NCBI GenBank assembly: GCA_000996605.1
Contig: LCOP01000006.1
Span: forward strand, 1-49,143
DNA from: Parcubacteria group bacterium GW2011_GWA1_47_8
GTDB taxonomy: Bacteria > Patescibacteriota > Minisyncoccia > Phycocordibacterales > UBA1550
Direction: 5' to 3'
DNA: 49,143 nt
This document shows positions 1-8,810 of the stretch, piece after piece. The position numbers and the translations under genes are program-made. The notes beneath the pieces were generated by a model, which had not been told where the DNA came from, did not search any database, and saw only the letters and a list, made by a program, of their open reading frames with translations. The stretch's first letter is position 1, and the number at the start of each line of letters is the position of its first letter.

Positions 1-99
1 GAGCTTTCTGTTCGCTCGAGAACTTTCTTCTTGTTTTCATATACGTTCAGTATATCGTAAATTCCTTAGGCAGTTGTCTCATTTGTGGGGGTTGGACCA
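1..99 (-). mobile_element. Left end of an IS3-family insertion sequence (terminal IR plus start of transposase OrfA), running off the window
   Basis: The minus strand from 99 reads TGGTCCAACCCCCACAAATGAGACA, an IS3-like TG start with a C-run. An ATG at 40 encodes MKTRRKFSSEQKA..., a typical IS3 OrfA HTH start. The site coincides with the loss of plausible MTase sequence. Confidence 0.75.
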
Positions 100-1573
100 C
101 TTCCTTTTGCTCTTTGCTCATGATGCGCGCTCCGACGAATGGTGGGTTACCGAGAATGTATGAGAGTTTGTGTTTTGGGACGACATCCTCCCAATTTTTA
201 GTAAGCGCATTGTCATTTACAATCGTCGCTGGTTCACGAAGGGGCAGACGCAAATATGGAGTACCAAGTTTCTTCGCAAGTTCATTATTCATTTGGTGAT
301 CTACAAGGTACATCGCGGTGCGTGCAATGAGGGCAGGCGACTCTTCTATTTCAATTCCATAAAACTGATTAACGTTGAGGAGCGAAAGGTCTCCCGTGCC
401 AATGAGCCTCCTCTGTCCCATTTTATTTTTTATATCAAGGATTTCAAGCTCAAGTCTGCGGAGTTCGCGATAGGTAACCACGAGGAAATTCCCGCAACCG
501 CATGCGGGGTCGAGGAAAGTAAGCTTCGTAAGCTTTTGATGAAATGCATCGAGCTTTTTTGGGTCGTACTTTACTTTGTCAAATTCAACACAAAGCTCAT
601 CAAGGAAAAGCGGTTGAATTACTTTCAAAATATTTTTTTCAGAAGTATAGTGTGCTCCGAGCTGTCGTCGGTTATCTTCGTTCATTACCCCCTGAAACAG
701 GGAACCAAAAATAGATGCTGATATTTCTGACCAACCAAAACTGCAACACTTCACGAGCTTGAGGCGTGCCCCTGCGTCCAAAGACACCGGAGCGATACGT
801 TCCGCAAAAATTCCACCATTGATGTACTCGAACGCATTTAGCTGTTCCTCGAGATTTGTTTGTCGTTTTTCTCTCGGAGTGTTGAGGACTTCGAAAATTT
901 GAAGTAAGTGAATGCCTAAATCGCTTCCGTCAATATTTGTGCGGTCTTCTATGTAACTGCGAAACTGCCCTTGCTGAAATATTCCCGTGTCCTCAGCAAA
1001 AAGACAAAATAATATTCGCGCAAGAAAAACATCGAGGTCGTGCCCGCTGTACCCCGTCTTTGCAATTTCGTTATGAAAATCTGCCATCAGCTTTGCCGCC
1101 TTAATGCTTGCCTCCTCCTCTTTTTCATAATGACGAACCGTATACCCAGAAATAAAGCCAAAAAGTTCTATATTCTTATGTAAATCTTTAAGCAAAAATT
1201 CTTCTTGTTTTTTCTCATCCAAGTCGTATACTCGTATCTTTTCAAAATCGGAGAGAACAACATAGCGGGGGAGTTCCGCATTTTTTAACCCAGGGATATA
1301 ATCTTTCGCCTGCGTGAATGCTTTGTCTAGGTCTTTGCCTCGTGACTTGTGCTCTGCGAGCATTACGCCCTTCCAAAGAACATCAATAAACCCCTGCGCG
1401 CCGTCTTGTTTTTTAACGTTATATTCAAAGGATGCGACTCTTCGACGTGGAACACCAAAAACCTCAAAAAATCCGTCCCAAAAACTTTTTGCTTCTGCAT
1501 CTTCGTTGCATTCTCGCTCCCATTCGTGAGCAAAAACGATGGCGCGATTTCGTATTTCGTTTAGGCTTATCAT
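100..1573 (-). pseudogene. MmeI/YeeA-like type IIL restriction-modification enzyme (N6-adenine MTase with N-terminal nuclease), truncated by an IS
   Basis: FIDVLWKGVMLAEHKS (PD-ExK-like), GAHYT, motif I LDPACGCGNF and motif IV GNPPF are present. The frame runs into IS sequence just after NPPF, so the target-recognition domain is missing (family members are about 900 aa). Confidence 0.8.
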
Positions 1574-1693
1574 GCTATTTTGTTCATAAAACTATCTTGA
1601 TGTTCTCTAAACTCTAGCATTTTTGGCTTTATTTTGAAATGATGCATTGGGGTGGCTTTTCTTTTTTCGCATTTTCCGTATGCTGGAGGTATT

Positions 1694-2224
1694 ATGTCCG
1701 GACACAATAAATGGGCGCAGATCAAGCGCAAAAAGGCAGTAACGGACGCAAAACGAAGCAAAATCTTCGGGAAATTCTCGCGGCTTATCGTCGTCGAATC
1801 GAAAAAGTCCGGGGGCGATGTGTCCACGCCGGGATTGCGCGCAATCATTGAGCGCGCGAAAAAAGAAAACATGCCGATTGAGAACATCGAGCGCGCGGTG
1901 AAAAAAGGCGCAGGAAGCGATGCAGGAAACATGGCACCGGTACTCTACGAAGCCTACGGCCCCGGCGGATGCGCGATCCTTGTCGAAGGGCTCACGGATA
2001 ATAAAAATCGTACGGTCGCGGAAATAAAGCATATCCTTTCAAAGCACGGCCTCTCGCTCGCAGGGCAAGGCGCCGCCCTTTGGGCATTCACCAAAACCGC
2101 CGACGGCTATGAACCACAAGTAATGATTCCCCTATCGGATGAAGATGGCGAGGCACTCTCGACACTCTTGGACGAGCTTGATGAGAATGATGATGCGCAG
2201 GAGGTGTACACGAATGCGGAATAA
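1694..2224 (+). CDS. yebC: YebC/PmpR family protein (short form, 176 aa)
   Basis: MSGHNKWAQIKRKK start, YEAYGPGG and TDNKNRT motifs, QEVYTN end; adjacent to ruvC. Confidence 0.95.
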   Translation: MSGHNKWAQIKRKKAVTDAKRSKIFGKFSRLIVVESKKSGGDVSTPGLRAIIERAKKENMPIENIERAVKKGAGSDAGNMAPVLYEAYGPGGCAILVEGLTDNKNRTVAEIKHILSKHGLSLAGQGAALWAFTKTADGYEPQVMIPLSDEDGEALSTLLDELDENDDAQEVYTNAE

Positions 2225-2249
2225 CGCAAAGCGTTATTCCGCATTCGTG
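2209..2249. repeat. Perfect 19-bp inverted repeat overlapping the yebC stop codon
   Basis: CACGAATGCGGAATAACGC-AAA-GCGTTATTCCGCATTCGTG. Confidence 0.9.
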
Positions 2250-2340
2250 ACAACTGACAAGGAACCAAGTGCGGTCCCGTCAACTGTCCGCGTAGCGGTG
2301 TCAATTGTCAAATGTTTGCAGTCAGTGGTACACTGACCCC

Positions 2341-2898
2341 ATGCGCATCATCGCCATCGACCCCGGGTATGAACGGCTAGGGATTGCCGTATTAACCCGC
2401 CAAGATTTTGCTCCACAAAACCTAAGCGGGCAAGGAAAAGCAATTGAAGTCCCCTCCGCACAAGGCTCTGGTGGACCACGGGAAAAACTTCTTTTTTCGG
2501 AGTGTTTTAAAACGAAAGCGGCGCTTCCTTTTGTGGAGCGACTTCTGCTCGTGGGGTGCGAGGTGGCGCGCGTCATTGAGGAGTTTCGTCCCGAAGCGCT
2601 CGCAATTGAAAATCTTTTTATCGACAACAATCAAAAGACCGCCATGCGCGTTGCGGAAGTACGCGGGGCGATTCTCTATCAAGCGCGTCTCTCGGGTCTC
2701 TCAATCGCCGAATACACACCCCTTCAAATCAAGATGGCGACAACAGGGTACGGCAAAGCGACCAAAGATCAAGTGATGTCGATGGTAAAAAAATTTGTTT
2801 TGGGCGCCGGGTCCATAAAACAAGACGACGAAATGGACGCAATCGCTATCGGGCTCACTTATTTTGCCTATTATCGCCCCACATCAACGTCAAAATAA
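2341..2898 (+). CDS. ruvC: Holliday junction resolvase RuvC with an internal ~25-aa insertion
   Basis: IIAIDPG, LAIENLF, EYTPLQIK..TGYGKATKDQV and DDEMDAIAIG motifs. Confidence 0.95.
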   Translation: MRIIAIDPGYERLGIAVLTRQDFAPQNLSGQGKAIEVPSAQGSGGPREKLLFSECFKTKAALPFVERLLLVGCEVARVIEEFRPEALAIENLFIDNNQKTAMRVAEVRGAILYQARLSGLSIAEYTPLQIKMATTGYGKATKDQVMSMVKKFVLGAGSIKQDDEMDAIAIGLTYFAYYRPTSTSK

Positions 2899-3045
2899 TT
2901 ATAGATTACAAGGATTTTTCCATTTTCCCCAAGTTATCCACAGTTTAAGAGAAAATAAGTTGCAGAAGAAAAAACTTTTTGGTACAACTATGGTGTTGTT
3001 GCGGCACAGAGCGTAGTGCAACACATAATTTTACACATAAATAAT

Positions 3046-3207
3046 ATGGCAGAAGAAGATATAACAAGTGAAGTGAGTGGAGATGTTGACATAACCAACG
3101 CTTTTGATCTCAACGATGATGACGTTGACTTGGGAGACGACTCGGTTGGACTCTTGAGTGAGGAGGATCCTGTCCCAGGATTTGTATCACGTAGTTTCGA
3201 GGACTAG
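3046..3207 (+). CDS. Small, highly acidic hypothetical protein (53 aa)
   Basis: MAEEDITSEV...; D/E-rich; preceded by a promoter-like sequence and followed by a terminator. Confidence 0.6.
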   Translation: MAEEDITSEVSGDVDITNAFDLNDDDVDLGDDSVGLLSEEDPVPGFVSRSFED

Positions 3208-3217
3208 TGCTCTATTT

Positions 3218-3247
3218 AAGAAGCCGCCCAAGTGGGCGGCTTCTTTT
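3218..3247 (+). terminator. Intrinsic terminator, likely bidirectional
   Basis: AAGAAGCCGCCCA-AG-TGGGCGGCTTCTT followed by T residues. Confidence 0.8.
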
Positions 3248-3403
3248 ATATCATTTCTAAATAACTCTTGTATAAAAAAAATTTAAAAAAATCAAGCGAG
3301 ACAAAGAGAAAATTCTAAAGAATATAGAGATATTTTGAAGAATTTCCTCAAAGTCGTAGCAGAAATTTTTGGATTATGATACATAGGTTATTTAGAGATG
3401 GTA

Positions 3404-4594
3404 TTATGTCGCGCGAATTTTTACAAATCGGCGTTTTCCTATTTTGTATATTCCGTTCACCGCGACCTCGAAGTGATTCGTAATCTTTTCTTCCACATCC
3501 CCATCCATACGCCTTACCGCACCTTCGTCCACAAGGCGTCGCCAGTCACTCTTTGAAACCACAATTCCCGCGCGCACCAAGAGATCGGAAAATAGCTCGC
3601 CCGCCTTCATGTCGATTTCTTGGATGTCGTCGGGAACTTCTTTTTTTTGAAATGTTGCAATAAATCCTTTGCGTGTGCGAAGAGCCTCCTCTTTTCCATG
3701 ATACATTGAGACAATCTCTGTTGCGAGGTCGAGTTTGAGATTACGCGGATTATCGCCGCGTCCAAGAGCTCCGCGTACTTCGCCAAGGTGCTCTGGAGAC
3801 ACATGTGTTGCATGCACAAAATATTTAATAATAAATTCATCGCGCAAGCTCATCACCTTTCCAAACATGTCGCTCGGCATATCGGTAAGGTTCACCGTAT
3901 TCCCCCAGCTCGAGCTCATTTTGCGCCCATCGAGCCCTTCAATAAGGTCGACCATTAAAATGCTTTGTGGTTCTTTGCCAAAATGTTCTTGGAGTCTGCG
4001 CCCCGCAAGCATGTTGAATTTCTGGTCGGTCCCCCCAATCTCTATGTCTGCATCCACAGCGACACTATCGTAGCCTTGCATCAATGGGTAGAGAAGCTCG
4101 CGCAAAGACACCCGCATACCCCTATCCATGCGGCGTTTAATGTTTTCCCGTGCGATAAAATCTGAGAGCGAAAAAGCTTCGGCGTGCTCGGTGATTTCGC
4201 GATAGGTAAGTTTTTCGAGCCATTCAGTGTTCTTGTGCTTTTCAACCTTGTTCATGTCAAGAATCTTCCCTGCTTGTTCAAAATAGGTGGCGAGGTTTTG
4301 CTCCACCACTTCGCGAGAGAGCATTGGGCGCTCGCTTTCTTTGTCCGAGGTATCGCCAATCACCCCCGTAAAGTCACCAATGATAAAAACAATGGTGTGT
4401 CCGAGGTCTTGGAGGTCACGGAGTTTCCACAGAGCGACCGCACGCCCAAGATGGATATGGGGGCTCGTAGGATCAATGCCGAATTTCACCCGAAGTGGCT
4501 TTCCGGCGAGAAGTTTTGTCCGAAGTGTATCCAAATGAATCACCTCGGCAACCCCCCGCGTCAAGAGTTCATCAATTTTTTGAATATCTATCAT
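3404..4594 (-). CDS. tyrS: Tyrosine--tRNA ligase
   Basis: GIDPTSPHIHLG (HIGH), YPLMQGYD, GGTDQKFN, KMSSS and a C-terminal S4 domain. Confidence 0.97.
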   Translation of the reverse strand: MIDIQKIDELLTRGVAEVIHLDTLRTKLLAGKPLRVKFGIDPTSPHIHLGRAVALWKLRDLQDLGHTIVFIIGDFTGVIGDTSDKESERPMLSREVVEQNLATYFEQAGKILDMNKVEKHKNTEWLEKLTYREITEHAEAFSLSDFIARENIKRRMDRGMRVSLRELLYPLMQGYDSVAVDADIEIGGTDQKFNMLAGRRLQEHFGKEPQSILMVDLIEGLDGRKMSSSWGNTVNLTDMPSDMFGKVMSLRDEFIIKYFVHATHVSPEHLGEVRGALGRGDNPRNLKLDLATEIVSMYHGKEEALRTRKGFIATFQKKEVPDDIQEIDMKAGELFSDLLVRAGIVVSKSDWRRLVDEGAVRRMDGDVEEKITNHFEVAVNGIYKIGKRRFVKIRAT

Positions 4595-4680
4595 ATTATT
4601 TCTTATAATACCATATCTAAATAACTCTTACATAAAAATTCGCCGAACAGATTAGTATGTGGTATTATGGTGTTACTTTT

Positions 4681-7224
4681 ATGGTGCGTAAAACCCTTCC
4701 TAAAAAAAAGAAGCGTCGCTTTTTTGAGAAAAAGCGCGTCACTTCAATCTTCCTTTTCTTGGTAAGCGGAGGATTTTTCCTCGCGGGAATCTTTTTATTA
4801 TGGGCGTCTTTCCTTAAAATTCCCGATTTTACCGGATTTAGTCAAAGAAAAATCGTTGAGTCTACAAAGATATACGACCGAACCGGGGAAATTCTGCTTT
4901 ATGATGTTCATCAAAATGTAAAACGTACCATTGTTCCCTTTGAGGAAATCTCTCCGTGGGTTAAAAAAGCGGTCATTGCGATTGAAGATACGGGATTTTA
5001 CCAACATCACGGCGTCAGTTTTCGTGGAATTGCACGCGCAATTCTCTATGGTGGCACGCGCGGAGGGGGATCAACAATCACCCAACAGGTAGTCAAAAAT
5101 ACCCTCCTTACCTCGGAAAAAAGAATAACAAGGAAATTGAAAGAGTTTATTTTATCATTCAAACTTGAACAAGCGTTCACCAAAGACCAAATTCTGGCCG
5201 TCTATCTCAATGAAATCCCCTATGGAGGCAATTTATACGGTATTGCCGAAGCAAGCCGTGCTTTTTTTGGCAAAGAATCCAAAGACATAACCCTTGCCGA
5301 AGCGGCATATATCGCCGCTCTCCCGAACGCCCCGACATATTATTCTCCTTATGGAAATCACAAGAAGGAACTCGATGAGCGTAAAAATTTTATATTGAAA
5401 CGGATGCTTGATCTCAAACTAATCACTACCACTGAATACCAACCAGCAATTGCGGAAAAAGTTGCATTCCTCCCCCGGGAACCGCGCGGAATCAAAGCGC
5501 CACACTTTATCGAGTGGATCAAAGAATACTTGGTGCAAAAATATGGGGAGCTCGCAGTCGAGGAAAACGGGTATACGGTTATCACCACCCTTGATTATGA
5601 TCTTCAGAAAAAAGCGGAGGAAACGGTTGATAAATTTGCTGCCGATATGGAAAATAAATACGGGGCAAAGAATATGGCTCTTGTGGCAATTGACCCCCAA
5701 ACCGGACAAGTTCTCTCTATGATTGGCTCACGAAACTATTTTGATACCGCAAATGAAGGAAATTTCAACGTTGCCCTTGCCTTCCGTCAGCCAGGATCAA
5801 CCTTCAAGCCTTTTGCATACGCAACTGCGTTCAAAAAAGGATATACTCCGGAAACAATACTATTCGATGTATCAACAAGCTTTAGCACTGGTTGTGATTG
5901 GCACGGCGTCCCCCTTACCTCTGCCATTAAAAAAGAGGATTGTTATATGCCGGAAAACTATGAAGGGGACTATCGAGGGCCACTCTCTATGCGGAGCTCC
6001 CTTGCACAATCACGCAACATCCCCTCAGTAAAGACATTATACCTCGCAGGAATTGATGAGACTATTGCTACCGCAAAACAGATGGGTATCACCAGCTTGG
6101 GCGACCGATCCCGATTTGGCCTTTCCCTTGTTTTGGGAGGTGGTGAAGTGTCGCTCCTCGACCTTACAGGAGCATATGGCGTCTTCGCGAACGACGGCGA
6201 AAAAAACAAAACTACTGCAATCCTTCGCATTGAAGACCGAAATGGTACTATTGTGGAAGAATTCAAAAAAGACGCGGAGCAGGTTCTTCCTGTTGAAATT
6301 TCTCGGCAAATCACCAGTATCCTTTCTGATAACAAGGCGCGCACACCAACATTTGGCGCAAACTCAAATCTCTATTTCCCCAACCAAGATGTTGCCGTAA
6401 AGACTGGTACGACTAACGACTACCGCGATGTGTGGACAGTGGGATACACTCCACGAGTCGTCGTCGGTATGTGGGGAGGAAACAATGACAACACCCCTAT
6501 TAAAAAGGGAAATTCCGCCGCGTACACCATCTCAAATGTATGGCATGCGGTGATGAATGACACCCTAAAACGTTTTCCTCCCGAGAAATTCATTGCGCCA
6601 GAAAAAGAAGATTTAACCATACTCCCCGCACCCCTTGCGGGGATATGGAAGGGTGGGGAGAAATATATCATTGATAAAATATCTGGGAAACTCGCAACAC
6701 CAGAAACTCCAAAAGAAATGCGGGAAATTGTTGTTGTTCCCGAGGTCCATACAATCCTTCATTGGGTGGACAAAGACCACCCCCGCGAGACACCCCCCTC
6801 AAGCCCCAGAAATGACTCGCAATATGGTTTATGGGAGGAGCCTATCCGACAGTGGGTTCTTTCACAAGGAATCATTGAGGGTGACCGTAGTGGCATTCCC
6901 ACAGAATACGAGACGGTGCATAACAATGAGTCTGCGCCGATTCTTTCTTTAGCTGGTACTGATTTCTCTCTGCTCCACAAAAACGATGAGCGGATTGAAA
7001 TAATGGTTTCTAGTATGGGGAAGTACCCATTAAACCGTGTTGATCTTTATGTAAACGGAACAATGGTTGATCAAAAAAATCAAGTGCCCTTCTCTTTTTC
7101 CTTTGTTCCTCAAAATATTGATAATATCTCTACAGAAAATACCCTTGTGTTTGTTGGGTATGATATTGTTTCCAATAAATCTTCCTCAAGTACCGTTTTG
7201 AGTATTAAACAAACCGAAAATTAA
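4681..7224 (+). CDS. Class A penicillin-binding protein (transglycosylase/transpeptidase) with a C-terminal Ig-like domain
   Basis: N-terminal TM; IED..FYQH, GGSTITQQ and RKLKE glycosyltransferase motifs; STFK, SRN and KTGT transpeptidase motifs. Confidence 0.95.
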   Translation: MVRKTLPKKKKRRFFEKKRVTSIFLFLVSGGFFLAGIFLLWASFLKIPDFTGFSQRKIVESTKIYDRTGEILLYDVHQNVKRTIVPFEEISPWVKKAVIAIEDTGFYQHHGVSFRGIARAILYGGTRGGGSTITQQVVKNTLLTSEKRITRKLKEFILSFKLEQAFTKDQILAVYLNEIPYGGNLYGIAEASRAFFGKESKDITLAEAAYIAALPNAPTYYSPYGNHKKELDERKNFILKRMLDLKLITTTEYQPAIAEKVAFLPREPRGIKAPHFIEWIKEYLVQKYGELAVEENGYTVITTLDYDLQKKAEETVDKFAADMENKYGAKNMALVAIDPQTGQVLSMIGSRNYFDTANEGNFNVALAFRQPGSTFKPFAYATAFKKGYTPETILFDVSTSFSTGCDWHGVPLTSAIKKEDCYMPENYEGDYRGPLSMRSSLAQSRNIPSVKTLYLAGIDETIATAKQMGITSLGDRSRFGLSLVLGGGEVSLLDLTGAYGVFANDGEKNKTTAILRIEDRNGTIVEEFKKDAEQVLPVEISRQITSILSDNKARTPTFGANSNLYFPNQDVAVKTGTTNDYRDVWTVGYTPRVVVGMWGGNNDNTPIKKGNSAAYTISNVWHAVMNDTLKRFPPEKFIAPEKEDLTILPAPLAGIWKGGEKYIIDKISGKLATPETPKEMREIVVVPEVHTILHWVDKDHPRETPPSSPRNDSQYGLWEEPIRQWVLSQGIIEGDRSGIPTEYETVHNNESAPILSLAGTDFSLLHKNDERIEIMVSSMGKYPLNRVDLYVNGTMVDQKNQVPFSFSFVPQNIDNISTENTLVFVGYDIVSNKSSSSTVLSIKQTEN

Positions 7225-7479
7225 TTAATAGATATCTGAAAAAAAATCACACCCGGGAAGATTTCGTATTTTTCTAAGGATCTCTTCTTTTTTGATGAGG
7301 ATTTCTGTTTTAATAATTGGAGGAACTTTAAGAAAAATAGTGTTTTTTTGTAAGACCACCTGCGGAATGATTACAGGAATATTATGTAATCTAAAAACTC
7401 CAACAATAAGCCCTTTTTTTGCTTTTTCTGTGTTGCTTACATTTTTAAACCGCGAAAGAAATTGGCTGATTGATAGCAT
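7225..7479 (-). CDS. Hypothetical protein, possibly DciA/DUF721-like
   Basis: 84 aa, translationally coupled to dnaN; the pattern TIFLKVPPIIKTEILIKKEEILRKI is reminiscent of the DciA KH-like fold. Confidence 0.55.
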   Translation of the reverse strand: MLSISQFLSRFKNVSNTEKAKKGLIVGVFRLHNIPVIIPQVVLQKNTIFLKVPPIIKTEILIKKEEILRKIRNLPGCDFFSDIY

Positions 7480-8579
7480 TATCGTGTAAGAGGCATTGCG
7501 AGGTTGGTAAAAGAGAGGTCTCCAAGTCCTCGAATCACCGCTGATTTATCTGGTCCATTAAATTGAATGACCACACTATCTTTTTCAATAGAGTTCAAAC
7601 AATCAAAGATGTGTTTCCCGTTGAGGGATATTTCAATAGGGTCTCCGGAGATTGTTGTGGTTATGTGTGATTTTGTTTCTCCTATTTCGGTGTTTTTTGT
7701 TGAGATAACACATTCTTTTTTTTGTGGGTTTATGGTAAAAGTGATTTTTTTGAATTTATCAGAAAAAAGGGTGGTGAGTTTTAGTGTGTTTATAAGGTCT
7801 TGTTTCAATATAATAATCTCTGTGGTGTGTGTTTTGGGAATAATTTGTTCGTAATCTGGGTATACACCTTGAATGACCCGCGAGGTGATGTAAAATGATG
7901 CGCCGACACATGAGATTTGTGTTTTTGTCACCACAAAAGAAATATCTTCATTCATTAACTCAATAACTTTTATTATTTCAAGGATATTTTTAATAGGAAC
8001 TATAATTCCGTGTGATAAGTTGATATTCGGTTGTTTAATTCTCCTTTCTGAAAGGTGAAATGAATCAGTTGCCACAAAAACTAAGGTGTCTGATATTTGG
8101 TGTATGTAAATACTCGCTATTTCTGGTTTAATATCTGAAAATGCGGCACTAGTGATCACTGATTTAACACCTTGAATGAATTTTTGGGGTGATATGGTGA
8201 ATTTTTCACCTTCATGAATAATAGGGATGGTTGGAAAATCATCAGGAAGTATTCCTTTTATGGTTAGGTGTTTCGTTTTTGTTGTTATAGTACATACTCC
8301 CTGAGAAACCTCAATGGTCACTTCTTGTTCATCAGGGATATTAGTTAAGATATTCGCCAAAAGCGTCCCTTGGATTGCAATACTTCCTTCGATTATTATT
8401 TCTGCTGGTATTTGAAACTCAACACCGACCTCAAGGTTTGTTGACCGAATGATCAACTTTTTTTTATCAGTCATAAGGAGTACGGATCCTAAAATAGGGA
8501 GTGATAGATTTTTCCCCGTAATACGATCTGCACTTGTTATATATTTATTGAGGAGCACGCGGTTACAAATGAGTTTCAT
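7479..8579 (-). CDS. dnaN: DNA polymerase III beta sliding clamp
   Basis: 366 aa; STNLE, DFP, ATDSFHL, YPDYEQIIP and MP end; downstream of dnaA. Confidence 0.97.
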   Translation of the reverse strand: MKLICNRVLLNKYITSADRITGKNLSLPILGSVLLMTDKKKLIIRSTNLEVGVEFQIPAEIIIEGSIAIQGTLLANILTNIPDEQEVTIEVSQGVCTITTKTKHLTIKGILPDDFPTIPIIHEGEKFTISPQKFIQGVKSVITSAAFSDIKPEIASIYIHQISDTLVFVATDSFHLSERRIKQPNINLSHGIIVPIKNILEIIKVIELMNEDISFVVTKTQISCVGASFYITSRVIQGVYPDYEQIIPKTHTTEIIILKQDLINTLKLTTLFSDKFKKITFTINPQKKECVISTKNTEIGETKSHITTTISGDPIEISLNGKHIFDCLNSIEKDSVVIQFNGPDKSAVIRGLGDLSFTNLAMPLTR

Positions 8580-8810
8580 GGTATTGTATTACTTTTAATA
8601 TAAATACTTATTTTTATTATTATGAGTGTGGATTTGTGGATAACTCGTTTTTTCTATTACAACCACAATCTTTTTTATAAATAAGTAAATTTTAATTTAA
8701 GGGATAATTTTTTATTACTTGTTAATAACTTATATAAAAAATAATTTAAGTATTATTTATAGGACGTTATAAACAAAACATAAATGATTTATCCACAACT
8801 TTTAAACAAA
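8580..8810. promoter_or_regulatory. Probable oriC: AT-rich dnaA-dnaN spacer with DnaA boxes
   Basis: Perfect boxes TGTGGATAA 8635-8643 and TTATCCACA 8789-8797; degenerate boxes near 8627, 8720 and 8767; very AT-rich. Confidence 0.85.
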
